From positions 211,509 through 275,508 of the forward strand of contig JAJZRI010000001.1 in NCBI GenBank assembly GCA_021802765.1: 64,000 nucleotides of DNA. The letters are read 5' to 3'. Within the stretch, counting starts at the first letter, position 1, and each line of letters begins with the position of its first letter. A model generated the notes under the pieces. It saw only the letters and a program-made list of their open reading frames with translations, was not told where the DNA came from and ran no database searches. Positions 37,004 to 45,772 of the stretch are shown one piece after another. A program made the position numbers and the translations under genes. The DNA is from Candidatus Micrarchaeota archaeon. GTDB taxonomy: Archaea; Micrarchaeota; Micrarchaeia; Micrarchaeales; CABMGC01.

Positions 37004-38716
37004 ATGGGTTTTTTAGGGGAAGGGATACATAGTAATGCCGTGAGCAAGGTTGCTGCCTACCAAATACCACTCATAAGTAATGCTAGAATGCCACTTGTCC
37101 GAAAAAGATGCGGCGTTCTGATTAAGTCCGCTATCAAAATACCTGACTATCTAAAGAAAAAACCAAACCAAAACCTGCTTATATGCGGAACCACTGGGCA
37201 GGGCAAGTCCAAGCTAATGCGGCTTGCTCTTGAGATAATGCCCAACCCTAAAACAATCTTCTCGTACAAGGAGAACGACGAATACCTACAAATTGAGGGC
37301 AACTTCATAGCCGCTGAGCGCAGCTTGCCAAACCCATTCAATGACCCGGAGGCCTTTACTGATGCCTTCGCTGTGGCCTTCAACCTCCAATCTGAGGGGA
37401 TACAGGCCTCTACGGCCATGTCCCTTGTAAGCAGCCTAGCCAAGGAGAGCAGGACTTGGGCTGATTTCATATCCAACGCCAAAAAGCACGCCGCGAAGGC
37501 TCGAGACGCAAACGTACGCTCTGCCACAAACTACCTGCTCGAGAAGATTAAGGCGCTTACCTACGACTCCAAGCAGATAGAGCTCGACCTTGGCAAGACC
37601 AACGTGCTCGACATGAGCCTGCTCAACGATGACGCCAAGACCTTCTACTCCGAGCTCTTCCTCAGGCAGATATACGCCGGCTTGAAGCGCCGCAGGGGCG
37701 CCGATAAGGTCATCGTGTGCGTGGACGAGGCCCATAGGCTTACTAGGAACGTCCAGAGCAAGCGCCAGAGCATAATCAACGAGATGAGCAGGGAGATAAG
37801 GGCTTTTGGGATGCTCTGGACGGCTACGCAGAACCTCTCCGACATACCCGACCCGCTTAGGAACCAGTTTGCCACCCAGTTCCTGTTCAGCACCACATCC
37901 GAAGGGGACATGCGGGCGCTTGGGCAGATAGACAGGGACTTGGCTAGGTGCGTATCCGAGCTTAGGAACCACGAGTTTGTTGATGCAAAGCATGAGGACG
38001 TGCACAAGTCCATTGGAATATTTAGGGCAGACATAAGCTCGCTGAAAGAGCGGGACCTTAGCAGTTTAAGGCCTGCTGAAACGGTGCAGGCCAAACCAGT
38101 AACATTAGAGGTGCCAGAAGGAAGGCCAACAACCATGCTACACGCAGCAATGTTAGCAGTATATGAGAATCCAGGAGCTGGACTTGGGAAGATAGCTAAA
38201 TACCTTAAAACTAAGGGTTGGATAACAAGCGATCCTACAATTTACGGCTCTAAAGATAGGAAGGGTGTGCTTGACAATCTGGTAAGCTTAGGTTACGCAA
38301 AGGTAGATGGCTCGGGCTACAAGCTGACCGAAAAGGCATTGTGGTGGATTGATGCAGAGATACTTGTAAAGCGTGCTAAGAACGTTGGTTCTGAACTGCA
38401 CATGCAGCTTATGAGAAAAACGGTAGAAAAACTACACGAAGAGAATATGCTTGTTGTAATACCGGAGAGAAAAGATGTGCCAGATTTGATAGCTTACCCC
38501 ATGTCTAAAGGAAACAAGAAGTACCTTTGGGATGACAAGAATAGAAAGGCTTATGAAATACAGACTACGGCTAGAAAGAACAATGTGCTTGTCAATAAGA
38601 AAAGAAATGATAGATTTAAACTATCTACAACTTGGATTGCGCACGATGAAGACATGCTTGAAGAAATAGAGAGGTTGACAGAAGGAAAAGATAAATATAT
38701 GCTGATTATGGTGTGA
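37004..38716 (+). CDS. HerA/VirB4-like ATPase fused to wHTH-like and PD-(D/E)XK-like domains
   Basis: NLLICGTTGQGKS, CVDEAHRL, REIRAFG, ATQN; C-terminal SELH...PDLIA...AYEIQT. Confidence 0.8.
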   Translation: MGFLGEGIHSNAVSKVAAYQIPLISNARMPLVRKRCGVLIKSAIKIPDYLKKKPNQNLLICGTTGQGKSKLMRLALEIMPNPKTIFSYKENDEYLQIEGNFIAAERSLPNPFNDPEAFTDAFAVAFNLQSEGIQASTAMSLVSSLAKESRTWADFISNAKKHAAKARDANVRSATNYLLEKIKALTYDSKQIELDLGKTNVLDMSLLNDDAKTFYSELFLRQIYAGLKRRRGADKVIVCVDEAHRLTRNVQSKRQSIINEMSREIRAFGMLWTATQNLSDIPDPLRNQFATQFLFSTTSEGDMRALGQIDRDLARCVSELRNHEFVDAKHEDVHKSIGIFRADISSLKERDLSSLRPAETVQAKPVTLEVPEGRPTTMLHAAMLAVYENPGAGLGKIAKYLKTKGWITSDPTIYGSKDRKGVLDNLVSLGYAKVDGSGYKLTEKALWWIDAEILVKRAKNVGSELHMQLMRKTVEKLHEENMLVVIPERKDVPDLIAYPMSKGNKKYLWDDKNRKAYEIQTTARKNNVLVNKKRNDRFKLSTTWIAHDEDMLEEIERLTEGKDKYMLIMV

Positions 38717-38719
38717 ATT

Positions 38720-39991
38720 ATGGAACTTAACGATAGAGTAAAGGAAACTCTGAAATTACTTGAAGGTCGTATGGGGCAATATTCAAAATGTGAAGCGGCA
38801 TTTTCTATAGCTAAAGTGAATAATGTTAATAAAATACATAATGGGGTAATAGTTTTCTTTCATGAAAAAGACCAGATTCCGAATAAGTCACGTCTCAATT
38901 ATAAAAACTTAATATTAGATCGGCAGATTCTTAGCGCTGATGAAGGAAAGAAAATGATATATGAGCTTATAAATGATAACAAGATTATGTTGCCAGAACT
39001 TGGAGAATTCGCATTAGAAGCAAATAGCGTAGCGGATATGGGTGGGAGAGACTACGAACCGGCCTATCATCCGTGCGGATTTGCATATGATAGATTTGGA
39101 TGGCCAAACAGGCGCATTGAGTATAGTATAAAAACTAATTCAATGTCGTTTGATAATCTAGAAGTTGTTAGTACTAAGAGCCCCCTTTATCTTAATGCAG
39201 CATATGCAATTGCAGATTTCATGAATGCATCTCACCCATATAATCCCGTTACATCGAGAATTGAAATAATAATACCAGATTATAGGGCACGGATAAAGAA
39301 GGCGCGAATATCAGATGGCAAAATAAAGTTTGAGATAGAAGAAAGAGAAACTAGAGAGAGTAATCTCCAATTTAAGTATTTCTTGCAATCTGGTTCTGAA
39401 AGCAGACCTGGAGAAGTAGCTATAGAGAATAATAGTGCAACAACAAGTTACCCTAATGATGTAACACTCTTAGAGGCAGTAATCCTTGACATTTCAAAAG
39501 ACGAGCCCATAGACACCAAATATGTATATCCATTTAGATTGGAATCGTGGCAAGAAGTGGATCCGGAAGCTTATGAGATATTAATAGACAGATTAATTAA
39601 GGATGGCGAAAATGATAAAGTAGAATTTAAGAGGGAAATTAAAGATACTGGTGAATTCTTAGAGACTGTCTCCTCATTTTCAAACTCTTCTGGAGGAGTT
39701 ATAATATTGGGAATCACTAATAACGGAGAAAAACGAGGTTTTAGAATAAATAAGGATGTTATTACAAATATAATTGCAAGTAATTGTGAGCCTTATCCAA
39801 AATTTGAGATTAAGGAGGTAAAGATAGATACAATAACATTAACTGTTATTGAGATTGATGAAGGGTCTAATAAACCTTATTCTATAAAGGAACGCGGTAT
39901 TTTCATTAGGAAAAATGCCACAGATAGACAGGCAAGTAGGAATGAGTTAGATGACATTATCAAGAATAACAGTTCAAAAGTTGTTATATGA
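38720..39991 (+). CDS. Schlafen/AlbA_2 domain protein
   Basis: C-terminal GENDKVEFKRE, ETVSSFSNSSGGVIILGI, KPY....G.FIR. Confidence 0.85.
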   Translation: MELNDRVKETLKLLEGRMGQYSKCEAAFSIAKVNNVNKIHNGVIVFFHEKDQIPNKSRLNYKNLILDRQILSADEGKKMIYELINDNKIMLPELGEFALEANSVADMGGRDYEPAYHPCGFAYDRFGWPNRRIEYSIKTNSMSFDNLEVVSTKSPLYLNAAYAIADFMNASHPYNPVTSRIEIIIPDYRARIKKARISDGKIKFEIEERETRESNLQFKYFLQSGSESRPGEVAIENNSATTSYPNDVTLLEAVILDISKDEPIDTKYVYPFRLESWQEVDPEAYEILIDRLIKDGENDKVEFKREIKDTGEFLETVSSFSNSSGGVIILGITNNGEKRGFRINKDVITNIIASNCEPYPKFEIKEVKIDTITLTVIEIDEGSNKPYSIKERGIFIRKNATDRQASRNELDDIIKNNSSKVVI

Positions 39992-40410
39992 ACTTTGCAA
40001 ACATTATCGAGGAGGTATTAATTGCTGATTATAAATTAAAGCATAACGATACTGTAAGACAGATAGAAAGCATTTTCAGAAATAATGGTTTCTACACCAC
40101 AAGGGAGTATCCCATTTATAAGATGGGTGATGGCTCTGGAAAGAAAGGAAGGATAGACTTAGTGGCTAGGAAGGGGAGATTCAGGGTGGCAGTAGAGTAT
40201 GACCACCATAAGTTAATAAAATGGAAAAGTTTCCAGAAAATAATCCAAATAAACCCAGAGTGCGCTATTGCAATATCTGGGGATGGAGGTCTTAAAGAAA
40301 ACATAGTAAGGGCATCTCATTATGTAAGAAAACTCAGGCAGCCCCTTTATGTTGTTTCCCTAAAAGAGAAGGCATACACAACGGTAAGAGGCGTGGAGAA
40401 TGACGGATAG
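39988..40410 (+). CDS. PD-(D/E)XK nuclease-like protein
   Basis: REYP...GRIDLVA....VAVEYD. Confidence 0.65.
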   Translation: MNFANIIEEVLIADYKLKHNDTVRQIESIFRNNGFYTTREYPIYKMGDGSGKKGRIDLVARKGRFRVAVEYDHHKLIKWKSFQKIIQINPECAIAISGDGGLKENIVRASHYVRKLRQPLYVVSLKEKAYTTVRGVENDG

Positions 40411-40804
40411 ATTTACGAAGGCACAGAGAAGCTATATCATGTCTAGAATTAAGGGAAAGGGGACGCGCGTAGAGTTGGCAGTAAAGGGAATGCTTGGGGG
40501 ACATTTTACATTCCAGCCCAAGGGCATACTTGGAAACCCTGATTTTGCACATAAGAAAAAGAAAATTGCAATATTTGTTGATGGAGACTTTTGGCATGGT
40601 AAAGAATTTGGGTTGAGACGGAAGAGGTTGCCGAAATATTGGATAGCAAAAATAACAAGAAACATAAGACGGGATCAGGAGGTCAACAAGAAGCTGAAAG
40701 ATGCAGGGTGGAAAGTAGTACGTATCTGGGAAAAGCGGATTGGAAGAGAGCCTAAATTGGTTAAGAGACTCCTAAGAAAGGTTATTAATTTGGAAAGGAA
40801 ATAA
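40400..40804 (+). CDS. vsr: Very short patch repair endonuclease
   Basis: D.FT..QRS.IMSRI, G.PDF, IFVDGDFWHG, W..KI.RN..RD, GWKV.RIWE. Confidence 0.95.
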   Translation: MTDRFTKAQRSYIMSRIKGKGTRVELAVKGMLGGHFTFQPKGILGNPDFAHKKKKIAIFVDGDFWHGKEFGLRRKRLPKYWIAKITRNIRRDQEVNKKLKDAGWKVVRIWEKRIGREPKLVKRLLRKVINLERK

Positions 40805-40810
40805 CCTTTT

Positions 40811-41512
40811 ATGGGAAATAACAAGTATGTTGATTTCGTAGATGATAAATTCTTCTTAGAGTGTGTTAGGGAAGTCTGTGAGGTTTATTATAGGGAGAAA
40901 AAGGAGCTTACTGTAGATAGCCTAAAGGGTAATGGCCTTGACCCTTTTAAAAGCGTGTTTGACATGGCAAATAGGGGCATCAGTTTTGAACAGTGGATGG
41001 AAGAGGAGAGGTCAAGGCAAGAGGATAAGACACTCAATAATAAGATAGGAGAATTCCACCAGAAGCTGCTAGGTGGGGTCAAGGGTTGGACTGACCTTGG
41101 AGTTGGAAATGACACAGAATTGGACCTAAAGAAGGATGATGATACCATATTCATGGAGATAAAGAACAAATATAACACCATCAATAGCGATTCTGGGAAT
41201 AAAGTAAGGGACAAGCTTGGGGATGCGGCAAGGAAGAATCCAAAGGCCATAGTTTATTTTGCATATATCATATCTAAAAAGAATGATTCTGGAGAGAAGG
41301 TATGGAAAAAGAAGGGAAGGGAGACGAATGTTAGGATAAAGAAGATATGGGGATCTAAAGTCTACGCGTTGGTGACGGAGAAGGAAGATGCGCTGAAAAA
41401 GACATGGGAAGCCCTACCCATAGCAATAAACGACTATATGAAAGGAAAGGCAGAAATAAGTGAAGACGACAAAAATAAACTTGTCATGAGCTTTGGCTCT
41501 GTACTTGGGTAA
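40811..41512 (+). CDS. Type II restriction endonuclease, Eco47II family
   Basis: DPFK..FD, RQ.DKT..N.IG.FHQ, D.....EIKNKYNT.NS. Confidence 0.85.
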   Translation: MGNNKYVDFVDDKFFLECVREVCEVYYREKKELTVDSLKGNGLDPFKSVFDMANRGISFEQWMEEERSRQEDKTLNNKIGEFHQKLLGGVKGWTDLGVGNDTELDLKKDDDTIFMEIKNKYNTINSDSGNKVRDKLGDAARKNPKAIVYFAYIISKKNDSGEKVWKKKGRETNVRIKKIWGSKVYALVTEKEDALKKTWEALPIAINDYMKGKAEISEDDKNKLVMSFGSVLG

Positions 41513-42488
41513 CTAACCTTACGGAAAGCGCCTTTACAATCTGATTTCCTATAGCCTTTGCAAAGTTTACAGGCACGGCGTTGCCTATCTGCTTGTATTG
41601 CGATGACATGCCGCCGCAGAATTCCCAGTTGTCAGGGAAGGTCTGTATCCTTGCGTATTCCCTTACCGTGAACGGGCGTGTCTCTTCTGGATGGCAGCGC
41701 TCTGTCTGCTTCTGTGATGGCGATGTCGTAAGCGTCAGGCAAGGCTCATCCCACGAGATCCTTCTAGCCATGCCACGCTTGCCTCCGCCGCTGTAGAAGC
41801 TCTTACCCATGAATTCCTTTTGTATATCAAGTGGGAGGTTTACCCAGCTGCCTCCTGGAGGGACTAGATCAAGCACCTTTTTCCTGTTTTCCGAATACCG
41901 CGTCCCGGAAGACTGTGGCACGTTTGCAAGCGCTTCCTTTAAGGTAACTAGCTTTCCGTATCCGGTAGGGTACTCAAAGTTTATCCCGTCAAGCGTACCT
42001 ATTATGATTATCCTTTTCCTTTTCTGTGGCACGGAATAGTTTACCGCATCCAATATCTTATACTGGACATTATAGCCCAGCGACTTGAAGACATCCAAGA
42101 CTACCGTAAGGGTGCGGCCGTTGTCATGTGTGGCAAGGCCAGCTACATTCTCTGCAATGAACAGCTTTGGCTTGATCTCCTTTACTGCCCTGGCAAACTC
42201 ATAAAATAGCGTGCCGCGCGTATCCTCAAAACCAAGTTTTTTACCGGCATGGCTAAATGCCTGGCATGGGAAGCCACCGCTCACCACATCAGCCTTCATT
42301 CCCGTAAAGTCTATGCCCTTTATGTCACCCAATACCACATTCCAATTAGGCCTATTCTTCCGGAGGGTAGCTGCACAGTCTGCATCAAAATCATTAAGTA
42401 ATATTGCCTCTAGGCCGGCTTCCTCTAGTCCTAGGGCTAACCCACCTGCACCTGCAAATAATTCGACAACTTTAAGCTTATTTTCCAT
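41484..42488 (-). CDS. DNA (cytosine-5)-methyltransferase (Eco47II/Sau96I-like)
   Basis: ELFAGAGG, GGFPCQAFS, ENV, PQKRKR, TRD ARRISWDEPCLTLTTSPSQKQTERCHP, YKQIGNAV. Confidence 0.95.
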   Translation of the reverse strand: MENKLKVVELFAGAGGLALGLEEAGLEAILLNDFDADCAATLRKNRPNWNVVLGDIKGIDFTGMKADVVSGGFPCQAFSHAGKKLGFEDTRGTLFYEFARAVKEIKPKLFIAENVAGLATHDNGRTLTVVLDVFKSLGYNVQYKILDAVNYSVPQKRKRIIIIGTLDGINFEYPTGYGKLVTLKEALANVPQSSGTRYSENRKKVLDLVPPGGSWVNLPLDIQKEFMGKSFYSGGGKRGMARRISWDEPCLTLTTSPSQKQTERCHPEETRPFTVREYARIQTFPDNWEFCGGMSSQYKQIGNAVPVNFAKAIGNQIVKALSVRLVTQVQSQSS

Positions 42489-42647
42489 AGCAAACACCAC
42501 ACTTATGCTACGAGCGCTCCGCTAACAATATTTGGCACCGCAACTCTTATATTACCACCCAGAAACAGAGGCCATTTTGTATAGCGTTGCCCGACGCATT
42601 TTGTATTGTAATTATAGTTCTTTAAAATTAAATATCTTTGCATATTT

Positions 42648-43598
42648 TCACCTTTTGAAACCATTAGACAATGAGCGCAGGTGTGACACCCTATTTTCAG
42701 AGAAGGCGAAATCGATATTCCTGAACAGCTCTTCCTGGTCTTTGCTTATGTAAGTCATGGTTATGTCTGGCCTGGAGTGCCTTGCAAACCTGCTGGCCAG
42801 TACAACGTTGCCGTTTGTGGCCTTGGCAAAGCGTGTTATTGCATAATGGCGCAGGCTATGTGATGTAAGCCTATACAAGCCGCGCTCTTTATGGTCTGAA
42901 TAGGTCTCTTCAGATGTTCCGTACATTTGGTTTAGCCCTGCACTTTGCGCAGATTCACGGAAAACCTTTCTAGCATAGTTGACCTCTACATGCTGTAGCC
43001 TATTGGCATTGTTGTCATGTTCTTTGAAGAAGACATAGCCGTTCGATGCCTTTATTGAGGTCTCATTTTTAGCTATGTACTCTATCGTTTCTTTGAACAG
43101 CGCGACAGGGATGAGCAGGGTATCCATCTTTTTGGCCTTCTCAGTCTCAAGCGTAAGCTCACGCTTATCAAAATCTATGCATGAGATGTGCAATGCGCAC
43201 GCTTCGCCTATCCTTAGGCCTAGATAGGCCTGATACTTGAAAAGCAACCTGAACTTCTCATATGGTACGTTAATTAGGAATTGGCGCAGCTCAAGTTCTG
43301 TAAAACCTTTGTTTATTGATCCGTACTTGGGCGTCTTTCTTCTGCCTTTGAACCTTCTCCCATAGGCCTTATGCAGGATGGACTTCATGTCCTCCAATCG
43401 CTGCTGCGGGGCAGAGTTTGCAAGCGCCTTGAGCTGCGCTGCAAACTGCGCGTAATCGAACCTTGAAATGCTTGTTTCGCTTGCTTTAGGGGAAGGGGTT
43501 TTACCGGAAATGAACCCGATTTTGTCGCCGTAAATTTCATCGCCCGATGCGGGGATCGAACCTGCGACATCCTGGTTAACAGCCAGGCGCTCTACCAC
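42648..43598 (-). CDS. int: Tyrosine recombinase/integrase, C-terminal part int(C)
   Basis: GLRIGE (R), TEKAK (K), HSLRH, ARH, TMTY (Y); 5' end lies inside the att/tRNA. Confidence 0.92.
   Translation of the reverse strand: MVERLAVNQDVAGSIPASGDEIYGDKIGFISGKTPSPKASETSISRFDYAQFAAQLKALANSAPQQRLEDMKSILHKAYGRRFKGRRKTPKYGSINKGFTELELRQFLINVPYEKFRLLFKYQAYLGLRIGEACALHISCIDFDKRELTLETEKAKKMDTLLIPVALFKETIEYIAKNETSIKASNGYVFFKEHDNNANRLQHVEVNYARKVFRESAQSAGLNQMYGTSEETYSDHKERGLYRLTSHSLRHYAITRFAKATNGNVVLASRFARHSRPDITMTYISKDQEELFRNIDFAFSENRVSHLRSLSNGFKR
43538..43596 (-). repeat. att site within intact tRNA-Asn
   Basis: Identical to 34541-34599. Confidence 0.97.
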
Positions 43599-43612
43599 TG
43601 AGCTAATCGGGC
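43541..43612 (-). tRNA. tRNA-Asn(GTT)
   Basis: GCCCGATTAGCTCAGTGGTAGAGCGCCTGGCTGTTAACCAGGATGTCGCAGGTTCGATCCCCGCATCGGGCG; anticodon arm CCTGG-CTGTTAA-CCAGG. Confidence 0.96.
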
Positions 43613-44298
43613 ATTTTGAAGAACGGAAACGGCTCCGCGAGATGTATTATCTTGGCGTACATATATGAATGCTCGCCCATATATTCCGTAAAATCAATTC
43701 GGTTGTCGCTGTATTTATACCTTACGAAGCCTCCGGATTGATTCTTGTCAGGCAATGAATAATAAAGTATCTTATTCTCGTCGGAAAGGCCCTCTATCAC
43801 GTCAAAAGCGCAAAGGACCGCCTTTCCCTTGTAGACAAACGAGTATATTTGAGGTATGGTCTCTGTGCCTGATGCCTGTATGAGCGCGGCCGTAACAAGA
43901 TCGTGAACGCTCGAGAGCTTTGCGATTGAGGGGATTTCCTTGTCCTTGGGCTTTGCATCGGAGATCTTCGCGTCATCTATGCAGATTATGTTGATAGCAT
44001 TGCTGCCTTCCTGCCTCTCGCCAGATACGAAGTGCGAATTCTCCTTCTGCGAAGGGGATGAGGGATAGGTGTAGCCTATTACGCGCTCGCTCTTCGGGTT
44101 TGATACGTAATAGGCAATGGCGCTCTTGCCTATCTCTTCGCCTAGCGCAAATATCCTATATGCTCCGCCAGATTTAAATGATACGAGCTGGGCGTTGGTG
44201 TAGTCGTAATTGCAGACGTATCTGGACAGGTCATCTAGCGATTCGAGCTTTACGAATATAAGGCTCTTTGGACGCAACTGCCGCTTCTTGCTTTTCAT
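43603..44298 (-). CDS. Hypothetical protein (two internal repeat-like halves)
   Basis: 231-aa ORF; KL.S..DL occurs twice; stop codon lies inside the tRNA 5' end. Confidence 0.7.
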   Translation of the reverse strand: MKSKKRQLRPKSLIFVKLESLDDLSRYVCNYDYTNAQLVSFKSGGAYRIFALGEEIGKSAIAYYVSNPKSERVIGYTYPSSPSQKENSHFVSGERQEGSNAINIICIDDAKISDAKPKDKEIPSIAKLSSVHDLVTAALIQASGTETIPQIYSFVYKGKAVLCAFDVIEGLSDENKILYYSLPDKNQSGGFVRYKYSDNRIDFTEYMGEHSYMYAKIIHLAEPFPFFKMPD

Positions 44299-44312
44299 AA
44301 AGGGCGCCTTTT

Positions 44313-45146
44313 TTAGTGGGAAATTGAGTTGTAGACATATGAAAGAAAGAGCATGAGTTCGTATGATGGATAGAATATGACTGGCGAGAGTATTACTCCC
44401 TGGCCGACTGCGCTGTAGTCGTTCTGCAAGCTTGCAGCCGCTACAAGCCTTATCGGCTGCGAAAGCTTTATCGCAGGGCTCGTAGTCGAAGCTACGGTAA
44501 GGTTAAGGTTGTACGTGCCTGACTCGTTAACATATACTGGATATAGATAAGTGCTCTGGGTCAGATGCAGCGCGACGACCTGCTCGCTAAAGTTCCATGC
44601 CGGCAGCCCTGATACGCTTATTCCGAAAGGATCATCGGATATGCCGGTATTGTTTATGGTTATGTAGAGATTGGTGGGCTGATCTATGCCGGACTGTATG
44701 CTTGTTGGAGTTACATTCATGCTAAATACGTTCGGGGTCACGTTCACGTACGCTGTCACAAAGAATGCGCCTAGCTTTGAGTAGTTTCCGACGTCTATTG
44801 CGGCTATGGTGAAGTTGTAGGTGCCATTTTGTGCGCTGCTCGGCACGGTTATCTTCATCTTCATTGGATTTGCATAAAGAAGCGATGGCTGCGAGTACCA
44901 TCCGCTAGGAAGATTCTCTGCGGCGAGCTTGGCCCAGCCTATGTTTATCAAGTATCCGGATGCGTTTGTGGTTGTTGCAGAGGCCTCCACATAGAAGCTC
45001 TCCCCAGGGCCGACCTTGCCAAGGTATATGCTCTGGCCATTGTGCAGCGTTGCTGATGCTGGTCCTAGGATGCTAAGGTAGGTCGCATTTGCGACGGCAA
45101 ATATGGACAATGCCATTACAAGGATATACAGCCTGCGCAGATTCAT
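44313..45146 (-). CDS. Secreted/surface protein with Ig-like beta-rich domains
   Basis: Signal peptide, NLPSGW, VPSSAQNGTY, many N-x-S/T sequons. Confidence 0.7.
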   Translation of the reverse strand: MNLRRLYILVMALSIFAVANATYLSILGPASATLHNGQSIYLGKVGPGESFYVEASATTTNASGYLINIGWAKLAAENLPSGWYSQPSLLYANPMKMKITVPSSAQNGTYNFTIAAIDVGNYSKLGAFFVTAYVNVTPNVFSMNVTPTSIQSGIDQPTNLYITINNTGISDDPFGISVSGLPAWNFSEQVVALHLTQSTYLYPVYVNESGTYNLNLTVASTTSPAIKLSQPIRLVAAASLQNDYSAVGQGVILSPVIFYPSYELMLFLSYVYNSISH

Positions 45147-45199
45147 CAGGATCAGTAATCTATTGCGGGATTAAAATTAATAACCTATTCGATGGAGGC

Positions 45200-45505
45200 T
45201 CAGGCCACATCTATGCTCTCTTCGGGGTATCCGAGGTTCAAAAGCGCCTTCTTCACGTTGTCCTTGTGCTCTCCCTGCAGCTCTATCATGCCGTTCTTGT
45301 AGGTACCTCCGCATGCAAGGACGCGCTTGAGCTCCTTTGCGGTCTTCTCGAGCTCCTCTCCGGATAGTCCGGTGACTACAGTCATATACTTCCGGAACTT
45401 CTTCTTCTCGAGATACACTTTTATCTTACGGTTGGTCTCCCTGTCAAGGATATCGCAAACACATATCTCCTTTGGCAGTCCGCACTTGGGGCATATCTCA
45501 GGCAT
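45200..45505 (-). CDS. sui1: Translation initiation factor aIF1/SUI1
   Basis: CPKCGLPKEICVC, LACGGT.K.G.IELQGEH. Confidence 0.95.
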   Translation of the reverse strand: MPEICPKCGLPKEICVCDILDRETNRKIKVYLEKKKFRKYMTVVTGLSGEELEKTAKELKRVLACGGTYKNGMIELQGEHKDNVKKALLNLGYPEESIDVA

Positions 45506-45702
45506 TAGCTCGCAGCACCCCTCTCTTTAAGCAGTGTAAGTATCTGTGCAACGGTTCTCTTCATCTCCTTTAGCTTGATCTTCTTGCTAGCCACTCCAGT
45601 AGAGCTTATGTTCCTCTTCTCTATGGCAAGATCTAGCTTGAGGTCCTTGAGCTTTCCGTTGAGGGCCTCTGTTGAAAGGGCCCTTAGGTCTTTTATCTTC
45701 AT
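45505..45702 (-). CDS. rpl29: 50S ribosomal protein L29
   Basis: K.KDLR.LS...L, KRTVAQILT; operon position. Confidence 0.9.
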   Translation of the reverse strand: MKIKDLRALSTEALNGKLKDLKLDLAIEKRNISSTGVASKKIKLKEMKRTVAQILTLLKERGAAS

Positions 45703-45772
45703 CGTTATCAATCTACAAAGTAATTTTATCAGTTATGATATAAATGGCTTTCTGAGCCTTGCGGTTCATACA

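Larger units (their letters stand above)
34541..43596 (-). mobile_element. ~9.0 kb integrative element in tRNA-Asn with split tyrosine integrase
   Basis: 59-bp identical direct repeats matching the tRNA 3' part; integrase at one end; defence cargo. Confidence 0.95.

Noticed and set aside
35373-38716. Pleolipovirus or fusellovirus provirus
   Set aside because: No long spike protein, recognisable capsid or Rep/polymerase gene; only the integrase style and an NTPase match.
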